A stretch of DNA of 64,000 nucleotides from a virus (IMGVR_UViG_3300029305_000264:32001-96000), one strand, 5' to 3'; positions 32,689 through 41,871 are shown, counted from the stretch's first letter. Notes: generated by a model from the sequence alone, not told the origin. Numbers and translations: made by a program.

Positions 32689-34089
32689 ATGTACCGGGTA
32701 CTTTGTGATTCATTCCTGCTTTATGATGACCGTTTGGAAGAATACAAGATCTTTTCCCCGAAGGTAGATTTGGAACTGAACAAAACAGGATACTTCACAT
32801 TCACGATCTATCCGGATCATCCAACATATGAATTCATCAGGAAGATGAAATCAATCATCACTGTCTATCAGGATGATTATTTGTTGTTCCGGGGAAGAGT
32901 GCTGAATGATGAAATAGGATTCTACAATGAAAAGTATGTGGAATGTGAAGGGGAAATGGCCTTCCTGATTGATTCAGTCATCAGGCCATATGAATTCACC
33001 GGAAGCATCACAGAATTCCTTCAGAAGCTTATTTCAGAACACAATGCACAGGTTGATGCAGATCGTCAGTTCACATTGGGAAATGTCACTGTGACGGATG
33101 CCGGGGAAACAGTTTCAATGACTTCCAATGACTACAAGAAGACTTGGGAAGTCATTACTGAATCACTTATCAACAAATATGGTGGATATGTGGACATCAG
33201 AAGGCAGGAAAATATCAGCTACATTGATTATTTGAATGACTTCACACTGCTGTCAGCACAGAAGATTGAGTTTGCAAAGAATCTGCTTGAAATGAAGCGG
33301 ATCCGGAAGGGTGATGAAATATCAACGGCACTGATTCCACTTGGTGCGAAGCTTGAAGGATCCGAAGAAAGACTGACAATCGAATCTGTGAATGATGGCC
33401 TTGACTATATCTTCGATGAAGATGCGGTCAAAGAGTATGGCATGATATTTGCAACAAATATATGGGATGATGTCACAATTGCTTCAAACCTTCTGCGGAA
33501 GGCGAAAGCACATCTTGCTTCACTTGTCAATACACCGGAAATCATCGAACTTTCAGCAGCCGATCTTGCGGCAATTGATAAGACGGTGACATCTTTCCAT
33601 GTGGGAACATATGTGAATGTGACAAGCAATCCGCACGGAATCAATCAGAATCTGTTGGTCAGGAAGCTGTCAATTGATCTGCTTGAACCTGCTGCAAACA
33701 AATTGGTCCTTGGTGGCATCGTGGAATCATTCACTGCAAAGACGGTCAGTGCATTCAATGTCACTGTCCGGGATGGGAAGGACGGAAAGGATGCTGCGGT
33801 CCTGCGGATTGATTCATCAAGGGGAACAGTGTTCAAAAACAATCAGATAACAACAACATTGACTGTTGTGATTTACTTTGGAGAAAATCGAATAACGAAC
33901 AAAGCTGAACTGACTGAATCATTTGGTGCATCTGCATATTTGGAATGGTCATGGCAGCGTATGGATGAAAGCACATTCGGTGTGATTTCTGCAAGTGATA
34001 GCAGAATCCGGGATCATGGTTTTTCCTTGGATCTCACACCTGCGGATGTGGACACGAAGGCAACATTCATGTGTAAATTGATTATTTGA
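32689..34089 (+). CDS. Tail-associated protein (Tal / Prophage_tail N-domain)
   Basis: YKIFSPKVDLELNKTGYFTFTIYPDHP...ITVYQDDYLLFRGRVL is typical of siphovirus Tal. The C terminus carries Ig-like fibre repeats. Confidence 0.7.
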   Translation: MYRVLCDSFLLYDDRLEEYKIFSPKVDLELNKTGYFTFTIYPDHPTYEFIRKMKSIITVYQDDYLLFRGRVLNDEIGFYNEKYVECEGEMAFLIDSVIRPYEFTGSITEFLQKLISEHNAQVDADRQFTLGNVTVTDAGETVSMTSNDYKKTWEVITESLINKYGGYVDIRRQENISYIDYLNDFTLLSAQKIEFAKNLLEMKRIRKGDEISTALIPLGAKLEGSEERLTIESVNDGLDYIFDEDAVKEYGMIFATNIWDDVTIASNLLRKAKAHLASLVNTPEIIELSAADLAAIDKTVTSFHVGTYVNVTSNPHGINQNLLVRKLSIDLLEPAANKLVLGGIVESFTAKTVSAFNVTVRDGKDGKDAAVLRIDSSRGTVFKNNQITTTLTVVIYFGENRITNKAELTESFGASAYLEWSWQRMDESTFGVISASDSRIRDHGFSLDLTPADVDTKATFMCKLII

Positions 34090-34108
34090 ATCCAAGGGGG
34101 AAATCATT

Positions 34109-34933
34109 ATGGCAGTTAAAATTTCAGATCAGATTTCTATTGTTGATGTTACTGATGCATATTCAGTCATTCTCACAAGTGATGCATACACCTTTGCAGG
34201 CACGACAACGGCAGCCAAGGCAGGAAGCACGACAACACAGGTCATTGCAATGAGAGGTGCAGAACAGCTTGCAGCTTCCGTTGTTTTGTCGGAGATTGTG
34301 GCACCATCGGGAGTGACAGTCACGAAGGACAATGACACAACAGCACCGACACTGACAATTGCGGTGACAACAGCAGTCACTTCAAATGGAGTTGTGAAGA
34401 TCCCGGTCCATGTCGGTGACATTGTGATCAACAAGGAATTTGCATTTTCCATTGCTTTCACAGGTGCAACCGGATCTTCAGGAAAGGGCATCAAGTCCAC
34501 AGAAATCAAATATCAGGCTGCTTCAAACGGAACAACGGTTCCAACAGGAACATGGAGTGACACGGTTCCTTCGGTCAATGCCGGGCAGTTCTTATGGACA
34601 CGGACGGTCATCACATACACCGACAATGCAACAACCACTTCATACAGTGTGGGAAGAAGCGGATCCAATGGGGCAAACGGTGCGGATGCAATCACCATGA
34701 CGATCACTTCTTCCAATGGCACCATTTTCAAGAATTCTGCAATCGAAACAACGCTGACTGCACATGTCTATAAGGCAGGGGCAGAATTGAACAGCACACA
34801 GATTGCGGCACTTGGAACTGTGAAATGGTACAAGGACGGTGGAACAACATCTGTGGCATCCGGAACAACGCTGACAATTGATGCAGGTGATGTTGCGAAC
34901 AAGGCAACCTATACTGCACAATTGGAAGGTTAG
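34109..34933 (+). CDS. Tail fibre / minor structural protein
   Basis: Thr/Ala-rich. Repeat ITSSNGTIFKNSAIETTLTAHVYKAG is shared with the Tal C terminus. Confidence 0.5.
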   Translation: MAVKISDQISIVDVTDAYSVILTSDAYTFAGTTTAAKAGSTTTQVIAMRGAEQLAASVVLSEIVAPSGVTVTKDNDTTAPTLTIAVTTAVTSNGVVKIPVHVGDIVINKEFAFSIAFTGATGSSGKGIKSTEIKYQAASNGTTVPTGTWSDTVPSVNAGQFLWTRTVITYTDNATTTSYSVGRSGSNGANGADAITMTITSSNGTIFKNSAIETTLTAHVYKAGAELNSTQIAALGTVKWYKDGGTTSVASGTTLTIDAGDVANKATYTAQLEG

Positions 34934-34936
34934 AAC

Positions 34937-35749
34937 ATGGCAGTCAAAGCAAGTGCAGCAGTCACACTTTCGGCCATTGTGGATGTTCAAGCGGTTTGGA
35001 AATTCTATTTGAAACAATCATCAACCTTGACTGCACCTTCCAAACCAACAACATTTCCACCTTCTTCAGCATGGGATGATACGGAACCGACATATGATCC
35101 CACAAAAACAGAAACATTGTATGTGGTTGATTGCAATGTGTTTTCCGATGGAACCTTTGAATATACCGAGGTTTCTATATCAACGGCATTTGAAGCTGCA
35201 AAGGCGGCCTATAACAAGGCAGTGAATGCGGAAACAGCAGCAAACGATGCGGCAAGCAGTGCGGACCGGAATGCAAGTGATATTGTCGAATTGGCAAGCA
35301 ATGCATTCACCGAGATTGCAAAGTCGCAGGATTCGGTGCTTTCGACAGTTTCAGAGCAGTATTATTTGAAGCAGGATGCAGAAAGGCTTGTGTCGGAAGT
35401 ATCGACACAGATCGAACAGACAAATGAAGATGTTGTGATCAGGTTCAATCAGTTCAATGCAGAACTTGAAGGCATAGTGAACGGAACTGATGCTGAATTT
35501 GAACAGATCAAGAAGTACATACGATTCATTGACGGAAGGATCCATCTTGGAGAAATCGGCAATGAACTGGAACTGCAAATCAGGAATGACCGGATTTCTT
35601 TCATTCAGAACGGTGCAGAAGTGGCATATCTAAGCAACAACAAACTGTATGTGGTGGATGGTGAGTTCACCAACAGCTTGCGGCTTGGAAACTTTGCTTT
35701 CACACCAAGAGCGAACGGAAACCTGTCATTCAAGAAAGTAGGTGTATGA
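34937..35749 (+). CDS. Minor structural protein (coiled coil)
   Basis: 270 aa. Sits in the tail-fibre cluster. Confidence 0.45.
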   Translation: MAVKASAAVTLSAIVDVQAVWKFYLKQSSTLTAPSKPTTFPPSSAWDDTEPTYDPTKTETLYVVDCNVFSDGTFEYTEVSISTAFEAAKAAYNKAVNAETAANDAASSADRNASDIVELASNAFTEIAKSQDSVLSTVSEQYYLKQDAERLVSEVSTQIEQTNEDVVIRFNQFNAELEGIVNGTDAEFEQIKKYIRFIDGRIHLGEIGNELELQIRNDRISFIQNGAEVAYLSNNKLYVVDGEFTNSLRLGNFAFTPRANGNLSFKKVGV

Positions 35750-37403
35750 CATGGCATCTTCAGGAACAATCAGTTCTGCATTTCTTGGATATAAGATACA
35801 GATTGCATGGTCAGTGACTTCACAATCCGTTGCAGACAACACATCCACTGTGGCAGTGAATGTGCAGCTTGTTTCCACCGGATCATCTTGGACAATCAAT
35901 TCAGGTGTAACAAAAAGCGGATCACTTTCCATCAATGGAACATCCTATGCATTCACATTCAATACTTCCCTGACCGGGAACCAAACAAAGACGATTCACA
36001 CAAGAACAGTGACTGTTCCACACAATGCTGATGGAACAAAGACCTGTTCTTTTTCGTGTTCTGCCGGGATTGCTGTCACGTTGTCCGGAACATATTATGG
36101 ATCTGTTTCAACATCCGGAACCGGAACATTCAACACGATTGCAAGGGCAACAACACCAACACTGTCTGCATATACGTTTGAAATTGGTTCGGCTGTGACG
36201 ATCAGCACACCAAGGGCATCAAGTGGGTTCAAACATATATTGGAGTATGTTTTCGGGTATCAATCAGGAATCATTGCACAGGGTGTTGATACATCGTATT
36301 CATGGACGGTTCCAATGCAGTTTTGCCTTGATGTTCCAAACGGAACAACAGGCTATGGAAGCATCATTTGCCATACATATTCAGGGAATACATTGATTGG
36401 TTCAAAAGAGATTTATTTCACAGCAACGGTTCCTGCATCTGTGGTTCCAACAATATCATCTGTGAGCGTGTCAGAAGGCACAGAAGGCATTGCAGCACAG
36501 TTCGGGGGATATGTCCAAGGGAAAAGCACTGTGAAGGTTTCTGTGGCTGCTTCCGGTGTTTATTACAGTAGTATCAGTTCATACAAAGTCACAGTTGACG
36601 GTGCGACATTCTATGGACAATCAATCACATCCGGAATCCTGACAACAGCAGGAACAAAAAGTGTGGTTGTGACGGTGACGGACAGCAGAGGAAGAACAGC
36701 AACATCAACACAGACAATCACAGTCCTTGCGTATACACCACCGACAATCACATCATTCACATGCAGCAGAACCGATGCAAGCGGTGTTGAAAACGATGAA
36801 GGAACCTATCTGAAGGCCAACATCAATTTCAGCATTGCTTCTGTGAACAGCAAGAACAGCCGGGCATGGTCCTTGCAATACAAGCGGCAATCAGCTTCAG
36901 AATGGGCCACCTTGACATCCGGAACTGTTTATGCATACAACAGCAGCTATCTTTCAACATCCGGGATCCTGTCGGGTGATTATGCCTTTGACATCAGGCT
37001 TGTCATTTCCGATTTCTTCACGACAGCGGAAAAGACTGTTCAGATTGGTACGGCATACACACTGATGGATTTTCATTCATCCGGGAAAGGTGTTGCATTC
37101 GGGAAGGTGTCGGAAAAAAGTGCCTTGGAAGTGAACATGGAAATATACGACAGAACGAATGTCATAGTGAGGAACGGCCTTGCATTCTATCAAGGTGATG
37201 GTCAAGCGGATCCTGACACTACGCAAGATCACCTGATACTGACTGAATACAAAACACCACCGGGGGGTGGGTTCTATTACATTATGACATTTTTCTACCA
37301 AAACAGGACAGGAAACAGAGCGCAGATTGCGGTTCCTTACAACAAGAACACAAAAATATATTTTAGATTTAACTTCAGCGGAACATGGTCCGAATGGCAA
37401 TGA
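35742..37403 (+). CDS. DUF859-like tail fibre / receptor-binding candidate
   Basis: 553 aa, Ser/Thr-rich beta protein. N-terminal pattern ..IAWSVTSQSVADNTSTVAVNVQL.. (family recalled). Confidence 0.5.
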   Translation: MYDMASSGTISSAFLGYKIQIAWSVTSQSVADNTSTVAVNVQLVSTGSSWTINSGVTKSGSLSINGTSYAFTFNTSLTGNQTKTIHTRTVTVPHNADGTKTCSFSCSAGIAVTLSGTYYGSVSTSGTGTFNTIARATTPTLSAYTFEIGSAVTISTPRASSGFKHILEYVFGYQSGIIAQGVDTSYSWTVPMQFCLDVPNGTTGYGSIICHTYSGNTLIGSKEIYFTATVPASVVPTISSVSVSEGTEGIAAQFGGYVQGKSTVKVSVAASGVYYSSISSYKVTVDGATFYGQSITSGILTTAGTKSVVVTVTDSRGRTATSTQTITVLAYTPPTITSFTCSRTDASGVENDEGTYLKANINFSIASVNSKNSRAWSLQYKRQSASEWATLTSGTVYAYNSSYLSTSGILSGDYAFDIRLVISDFFTTAEKTVQIGTAYTLMDFHSSGKGVAFGKVSEKSALEVNMEIYDRTNVIVRNGLAFYQGDGQADPDTTQDHLILTEYKTPPGGGFYYIMTFFYQNRTGNRAQIAVPYNKNTKIYFRFNFSGTWSEWQ

Positions 37404-37415
37404 GATATTAGAAAT

Positions 37416-37441
37416 CCACCTTTCAACAAGGTGGCCTTTTT
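37416..37441 (+). terminator. Intrinsic terminator after the fibre genes
   Basis: CCACCTT, TCAAC loop, AAGGTGG, then CCTTTTT. Confidence 0.6.
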
Positions 37442-37478
37442 AATATAAAAAACAAAAGAAAGGAAGGAACAAAGAAAC

Positions 37479-37739
37479 ATGGGAGCAGCATTAATTGCAG
37501 CCGGGGCATCAGTCGTTGTTGGTGTCCTTTCTTTGGTTGGTGTAATTATCACCAACAACAACAGTAACAGAAAGATTGAGAACCAATTAACAACAGCACA
37601 GGCAGTCACAGATTGCAAGATTGATGAACTGAAAAGGGAAGTCAGGGAACACAACAATTTTGCACGAAGAATGCCTGTTGTGGAAGAACAGATCAAGGTG
37701 ATCAATCACAGATTGGCAGATTTAGAGAAGAAAGGATAA
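37479..37739 (+). CDS. BhlA/UviB-style holin-like protein
   Basis: 86 aa. N-terminal TM (ALIAAGASVVVGVLSLVGVII) followed by a charged coiled coil. Confidence 0.45.
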   Translation: MGAALIAAGASVVVGVLSLVGVIITNNNSNRKIENQLTTAQAVTDCKIDELKREVREHNNFARRMPVVEEQIKVINHRLADLEKKG

Positions 37740-37745
37740 AAAAAG

Positions 37746-37934
37746 ATGAAAGAAAACGTGAAAGAACTTGTGAATCGACTTTCGAAACTGTTGACCATCA
37801 AATCTTTGGTGACTTTAATCATCACGGTTTTGTTTTCGTTGCTTGCTTATAAAGGGAGCATTCCGGAAGAAGTGAACACGGCATTCCTGATGATTATCGG
37901 TTTCTATTTTGGCACACAGGCCACAAAGGAATAA
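37746..37934 (+). CDS. Holin (two TM segments)
   Basis: 62 aa. Contains LVTLIITVLFSLLAY and AFLMIIGFYFG. Directly precedes the endolysin. Confidence 0.5.
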   Translation: MKENVKELVNRLSKLLTIKSLVTLIITVLFSLLAYKGSIPEEVNTAFLMIIGFYFGTQATKE

Positions 37935-37952
37935 TTTGAAAGGGTGATTTCT

Positions 37953-38588
37953 ATGAAAACCAACAAGGGATTGATTGATTTTGCAGCATCAAAGATCGGC
38001 ACACCTTATGTGTACGGAATGAAGGGTGCTGTCATGACAAGGGCAAAATATAATTGGCTGAAAAAGACCTATGGTTCTTTGGTATGGGATTCTGATGTCA
38101 AGAAGGTTGGAAAGGTATGCACTGACTGTTCCGGATTGATTTCATGGTACACCGGGAAGGAAAAGTCATCTTCCATGTTCAAGGCAGAAGCAAAGGTTGT
38201 GCATCCGATCAGTACGGTTGAAAATGCACCTGTTGGGGCAGCTGTTTGGAGAAAAGGACACATCGGAATCTATGTTGGCAATGGTTATGCAATCGAAGCA
38301 AGGGGATCCGCTTATGGTGTTGTAAGGACCAAGATTGCAAAAAGGGATTGGACACATTGGTTCCTGCTGAATGACATCACCTATGAAGCAGCAAAAGAGT
38401 ATTTCAAGAAGTACATAGGAACATCCGGAAGCATCGTGGATGCCTTGATCACCATCGGTGAATCCAGTTCATTTGCGTACCGGAAGACCATTGCACAGGC
38501 AAACGGAATCACCGGGTATGTCGGAACAGCTTCACAGAACACCACCATGCTTGCAAAATTAAAGAAGGGTACACTTATAAAGCCTTGA
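37953..38588 (+). CDS. NlpC/P60 endolysin with C-terminal binding-like module
   Basis: GTPYVYG...CTDCSGLI...GHIGIYVGNGYAIEA. C-terminal SGSIVDALITIG..IAQANGITGY.GTASQN is shared with 17831-18544. Confidence 0.75.
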   Translation: MKTNKGLIDFAASKIGTPYVYGMKGAVMTRAKYNWLKKTYGSLVWDSDVKKVGKVCTDCSGLISWYTGKEKSSSMFKAEAKVVHPISTVENAPVGAAVWRKGHIGIYVGNGYAIEARGSAYGVVRTKIAKRDWTHWFLLNDITYEAAKEYFKKYIGTSGSIVDALITIGESSSFAYRKTIAQANGITGYVGTASQNTTMLAKLKKGTLIKP

Positions 38589-38638
38589 CCTAGAAAGTGG
38601 CTGTATGGCCATCCTATGAGGTCACAGGGGCATGAGAA

Positions 38639-38671
38639 GGGCAGGGATATTCCCTGTCCTTTTTCTTTTTG
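38639..38671 (+). terminator. Strong intrinsic terminator after the lysis genes
   Basis: GGGCAGGGA, TAT loop, TCCCTGTCC, then TTTTTCTTTTT. Confidence 0.75.
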
Positions 38672-38756
38672 CCGAATAAATGTTCAGACTATCCTTCCAA
38701 GTATTATAGTAATATAATTAAACTACCAAATTTTACAAGAGAAGGAGTTGTTGCGT

Positions 38757-38912
38757 ATGGCAAAGAAGAAAGGCATTCCGGGGTTGTCCTTTAGTTGGAA
38801 ACGTGCGACAGGTGTCACCAAGGTAAAAAGAAGCATTGCAAAGGCAACAGGGATCCCGACAACCAAAAGCGGCAGAAGGGCAAAGGTTGGAAAGTTATTC
38901 GGTATTAAGTAA
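38757..38912 (+). CDS. 51-aa highly basic protein
   Basis: AAGGAG lies 8 nt before the ATG. MAKKKGIPGLSFSWKRATGVTKVKRSIAKATGIPTTKSGRRAKVGKLFGIK. The minus-strand track ORF 38723-38935 is its shadow. Confidence 0.45.
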   Translation: MAKKKGIPGLSFSWKRATGVTKVKRSIAKATGIPTTKSGRRAKVGKLFGIK

Positions 38913-38917
38913 AAACA

Positions 38918-38940
38918 AAGGGTGGAGTGATCCACCCTTT
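38918..38940. terminator. Bidirectional hairpin between convergent units
   Basis: AAGGGTGGA, GTGA loop, TCCACCCTT (perfect 9 bp). Lies between the stop codons at 38912 (+) and 38948 (-). Confidence 0.55.
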
Positions 38941-38947
38941 AAAATGT

Positions 38948-39046
38948 CTATTTTCCAAATCTTCTTGTTTCATATTCTTCCTGATCAATGATTCCCATGA
39001 CATAGAATTCAATATAGGCTGCAATGACTGAAAGCTTTCTTTTCAT
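38948..39046 (-). CDS. 32-aa micro-ORF coupled to the AP2 gene (SHOCT-like tail)
   Basis: ATGA overlap with the AP2 stop. MKRKLSVIAAYIEFYVMGIIDQEEYETRRFGK. Confidence 0.35.
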   Translation of the reverse strand: MKRKLSVIAAYIEFYVMGIIDQEEYETRRFGK

Positions 39047-39522
39047 TGTTTTTCGGTTCCTTTGATCATTTTTCTTGCAGCAATCCATTCAAGGAATGTT
39101 CCTTCGTTTATGTGCTTCACAGCTTCTTCCCGGACAATCTTTGCATCTTCCGGGAACATAAAGGATCCCAAGAAGTATTTCTTCTTTTTGTATGAGATAT
39201 TCAGCTGATACACACTTCCCTTTTTATGCAATCCCTTCACACCATGTTTGTTCAGCACTCTTTTTGTCGGCAGGTCATTCACCCATTGAAGGAAGGTTCC
39301 GTTTTCGATATATTCATCTGCCTTTTTTCTCATTGATTTTCCTTCCTCTATTGTGCTATAATTTCCAATATGGTATTTTTTGCCATTATGGACGATTGCA
39401 AGTGTGTATGTGTTCGATTCTTCACGATATGTCAAACCTTGCACACCTGTTTTGTTTTTGATGGCATCCGCTTTGACACCTGTTGAAATAATTGTTTTCC
39501 CATCTTCGATTCTGATCTTCAT
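39043..39522 (-). CDS. Tandem AP2-like DNA-binding protein (no nuclease domain)
   Basis: Two ~60-aa repeats: NKTGVQGLTY..Y.LAIVHNGKKYHIGNY.T.EEG...ENGTFLQW and NKHGVKGLHKKGSVYQLNISYKKKKYFLGSF..PEDA...NEGTFLEW. Confidence 0.55.
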   Translation of the reverse strand: MKIRIEDGKTIISTGVKADAIKNKTGVQGLTYREESNTYTLAIVHNGKKYHIGNYSTIEEGKSMRKKADEYIENGTFLQWVNDLPTKRVLNKHGVKGLHKKGSVYQLNISYKKKKYFLGSFMFPEDAKIVREEAVKHINEGTFLEWIAARKMIKGTEKQ

Positions 39523-39547
39523 TTGTATCGGCTTCCTTTCTGAAATC

Positions 39548-39595
39548 CGTTACAAGTCACAAGGATGGTTAAAACCATGCAAAGGACTTGTAACG
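39548..39595. repeat. 48-bp nested palindrome
   Basis: CGTTACAAGTC ... ATGGTT-AA-AACCAT ... GACTTGTAACG. Lies between the integrase 2 stop and the AP2 gene start. Confidence 0.6.
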
Positions 39596-39637
39596 AAAAT
39601 ATTATAAATTTTTTTCATTGGAAACTAGCCTGAAAAG

Positions 39638-41149
39638 CTAGAAATTCCAATGAATTAAGACATCCCCATCATCAATGATGATTTTTTCAATCAGTTCATT
39701 CAGCATGACATTGACCATGAATGAATTATTTTCAGCAAGGGCAGTTTTGAATTCATCAACCATGTTGAACACTTCCTGCTTTTCCTTTTTGAACGTGTTT
39801 TGTTTGATTCTTTCAAGGGTGCTTTCAAGCTTGGACCTTTCAGCATTCAGTGGTTCGATCTTTGCCTTGATTTCTTCCATAGGAATTGAACCGATAGAAT
39901 ACAAGTCCATCAGATTTGAAATCTGCTTCTTGATATATTCAATATTATTTTCGACAAGCTTTTTCTTTTCCGATTCATCAACAGAAGTGTGAATCTTGTC
40001 AATGTATTCCGGATCCGTTTTCAGCTTGAAGACTTCACCGAAAACCATCTTTTCAAGTGCGTGATCCCGGTATGTTTTATTTTTGCAATTCGGATCCTTT
40101 ATCATATCAGGATTGCTTTTTTCCCTTGAATAACAGATATAGTATGCACGGACGGAACCATCCTTGTTTTTGCCACCTGATCTGTAATGGTAACGAGATC
40201 CGCAGCAAGAACACCACAGAAGGCCGCCAAGGGGTGCTTTGTACCGTCTGCCTTGCTTCATGTGTTCGTTGGCAATTTCTCTTTCTGCCAATATTTCCTG
40301 TGCTTTGGCGAATGTTTTCATGTCAATGATCGGATCATGGCCACCTTCCACCCATTCCCCAAGATGTTTCAACTTGCCGATGTATGTCTGATTTTCAAGC
40401 ATCTTCCGGATCCTTGTTTCATTCCATGCACCTTTTCCCTTGCCTTTGCCGATGGAAGTTTTGAATCCCCGATCATTCATCATGGTCATGATTGTGTAAA
40501 TCGGTGTTCTTTGATTGAACAGTTTGAATACTTCTTGGACCTGCATGGCATCATATTCATTCACAACAAGATAACCTGTTTCTTCATCATAGTCATATCC
40601 GGTAGGGTAATAGGCACCACCACGATATTTTCCTTCTTTTGCCCGGCCTGCTTTTCCTTCCTTCATTCGTTCCTTGATTCTTTCCCTTTCAAGTTCAGCG
40701 AACACAGCAAGGATCCCGACCATTGCACGGCCGAAGGGTGTTGATGTGTCGAATGCTTCTGCTCTTGAAACGAAGGCAACATCATTTTCATTGAACACCT
40801 TCTGAATCAGATATAGTGTGTCAAACTGACTTCTTGAAAGTCGGTCCAATTTATCAACAAGAACAATGTCTGCCATTCCTCTTTCTATTTCTGAAATCAT
40901 TTCCTTCAGGGCAGGTCTGTCCATGTTGCCACCTGAATATCCCGGATCAACATACACCTTCACAAGCTGATATTCATAAGCTTCACAATATTTCTTCAGT
41001 CTTTCTTCCTGTTCACCAAGGGAATAGCCTTCTTCTGCCTGTTCCAAAGTAGAAACACGGATATATGCAAACACCCTTTTCTTGATTATTCGTGTTTCCG
41101 GATCCTGATGATATGCATTTGCCAATTTTTGTAAATTTCCCATGTCCAA
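39638..41149 (-). CDS. int: Large serine recombinase (prophage 2 integrase)
   Basis: 503 aa. VFAYIRVSTLEQ, DRLSRS, zinc ribbon and coiled coil. A CTAGC..GCTAG hairpin lies just after the stop. Confidence 0.9.
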   Translation of the reverse strand: MDMGNLQKLANAYHQDPETRIIKKRVFAYIRVSTLEQAEEGYSLGEQEERLKKYCEAYEYQLVKVYVDPGYSGGNMDRPALKEMISEIERGMADIVLVDKLDRLSRSQFDTLYLIQKVFNENDVAFVSRAEAFDTSTPFGRAMVGILAVFAELERERIKERMKEGKAGRAKEGKYRGGAYYPTGYDYDEETGYLVVNEYDAMQVQEVFKLFNQRTPIYTIMTMMNDRGFKTSIGKGKGKGAWNETRIRKMLENQTYIGKLKHLGEWVEGGHDPIIDMKTFAKAQEILAEREIANEHMKQGRRYKAPLGGLLWCSCCGSRYHYRSGGKNKDGSVRAYYICYSREKSNPDMIKDPNCKNKTYRDHALEKMVFGEVFKLKTDPEYIDKIHTSVDESEKKKLVENNIEYIKKQISNLMDLYSIGSIPMEEIKAKIEPLNAERSKLESTLERIKQNTFKKEKQEVFNMVDEFKTALAENNSFMVNVMLNELIEKIIIDDGDVLIHWNF

Positions 41150-41289
41150 TCCTCTTTTTCTACATTTTTTTTACTTTTCCGGTGCTATACTGTCACATAT
41201 AATTCACATTTATTTTTTATTTGCAACAAAAGTACGTTGTAAATTAGTGAATAGGAACAGTTGTTCTCATTTTGAAAGGAGCATTCACC

Positions 41290-41391
41290 ATGAAAGACAA
41301 CAAATCCCAATTGATTGAACTGATCGAAACACTAAATGAAGATCAAGTCATATATATCTTAAACCTGATAAAGAAGTTATTTGGAATCTGA
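41290..41391 (+). CDS. 33-aa helical micro-protein convergent with the repressor
   Basis: AAAGGAG RBS. MKDNKSQLIELIETLNEDQVIYILNLIKKLFGI. Its stop abuts the repressor stop. Confidence 0.4.
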   Translation: MKDNKSQLIELIETLNEDQVIYILNLIKKLFGI

Positions 41392-41730
41392 TCACTTCTT
41401 TCCAAGACTGTGAATTAGATTCCGCACTATTTCCTGATTGTTTTTATCAAGATTTAGAAATTCTTCAATCATATCCATTAAAGCATGGTCCAAAAGAATC
41501 CTTGCGTGTAGTTCGGCAGTTTCAACAGGGTTTGATTCAAAGATCAATTCTGAAGGTCTGATTCCCAAAGCATCTGCAAGTTTTCTTAACATGCTTCTTT
41601 TTATGTTCACAACTCTACCACTTTCATATTTTGCGATAGCAGACTTCTGAACACCAACAATGTTTCCAAGTTCTTCTTGTGTCAATCCTTTTGCAATTCT
41701 TGCTTCCTTTATCTTTTGACCGATTTCCAT
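41392..41730 (-). CDS. XRE-family CI-like repressor
   Basis: Start at MEIGQKIKEARIAKGLTQEELGNIVGVQKSAIAKYESG (AAGGTGGTG RBS). The track ORF extends 20 codons further upstream. Confidence 0.8.
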   Translation of the reverse strand: MEIGQKIKEARIAKGLTQEELGNIVGVQKSAIAKYESGRVVNIKRSMLRKLADALGIRPSELIFESNPVETAELHARILLDHALMDMIEEFLNLDKNNQEIVRNLIHSLGKK

Positions 41731-41821
41731 TATTTTCACCACCTTTTCATGATGTATCTTAATAATACACCTTTGTTTCCTAAAAATCAAATATTTTTTA
41801 CTGAAAATACAAGAAAGCCTA

Positions 41822-41850
41822 TTGACAAATAAAAATTATTGTAATATAGT
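41822..41850 (+). promoter_or_regulatory. Early rightward promoter
   Basis: TTGACA, 17 bp spacer, TATAGT. Confidence 0.6.
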
Positions 41851-41854
41851 AAAA

Positions 41855-41871
41855 GTGTCTTAATCAGACAC
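41855..41871. promoter_or_regulatory. Operator palindrome GTGTCT-N5-AGACAC
   Basis: Perfect 6-bp arms immediately downstream of the -10. Confidence 0.55.

Larger units (their letters stand above)
1..38940. mobile_element. Prophage 1 (temperate siphovirus-like; right ~7.5 kb compositionally distinct, possibly chimeric)
   Basis: Complete temperate-phage gene order: integrase, lysogeny switch, recombination/replication, terS-terL-portal-MuF, scaffold-capsid, connectors, tail, TMPs, tail tip, holin-endolysin. Left edge may lie beyond the window. Right edge placed at hairpin 38918-38940 by inference. Confidence 0.8.

Noticed and set aside
27648-37403. Diversity-generating retroelement or invertible shufflon in the fibre genes
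   Set aside because: There is no reverse transcriptase or small invertase gene in the window, and I saw no template/variable repeat pair or inverted-repeat-bounded segment.
38723-38935. 70-aa minus-strand track ORF
   Set aside because: The + strand 51-aa ORF (38757-38912) has a consensus AAGGAG RBS and is flanked by terminators. The minus ORF would read through the bidirectional hairpin.
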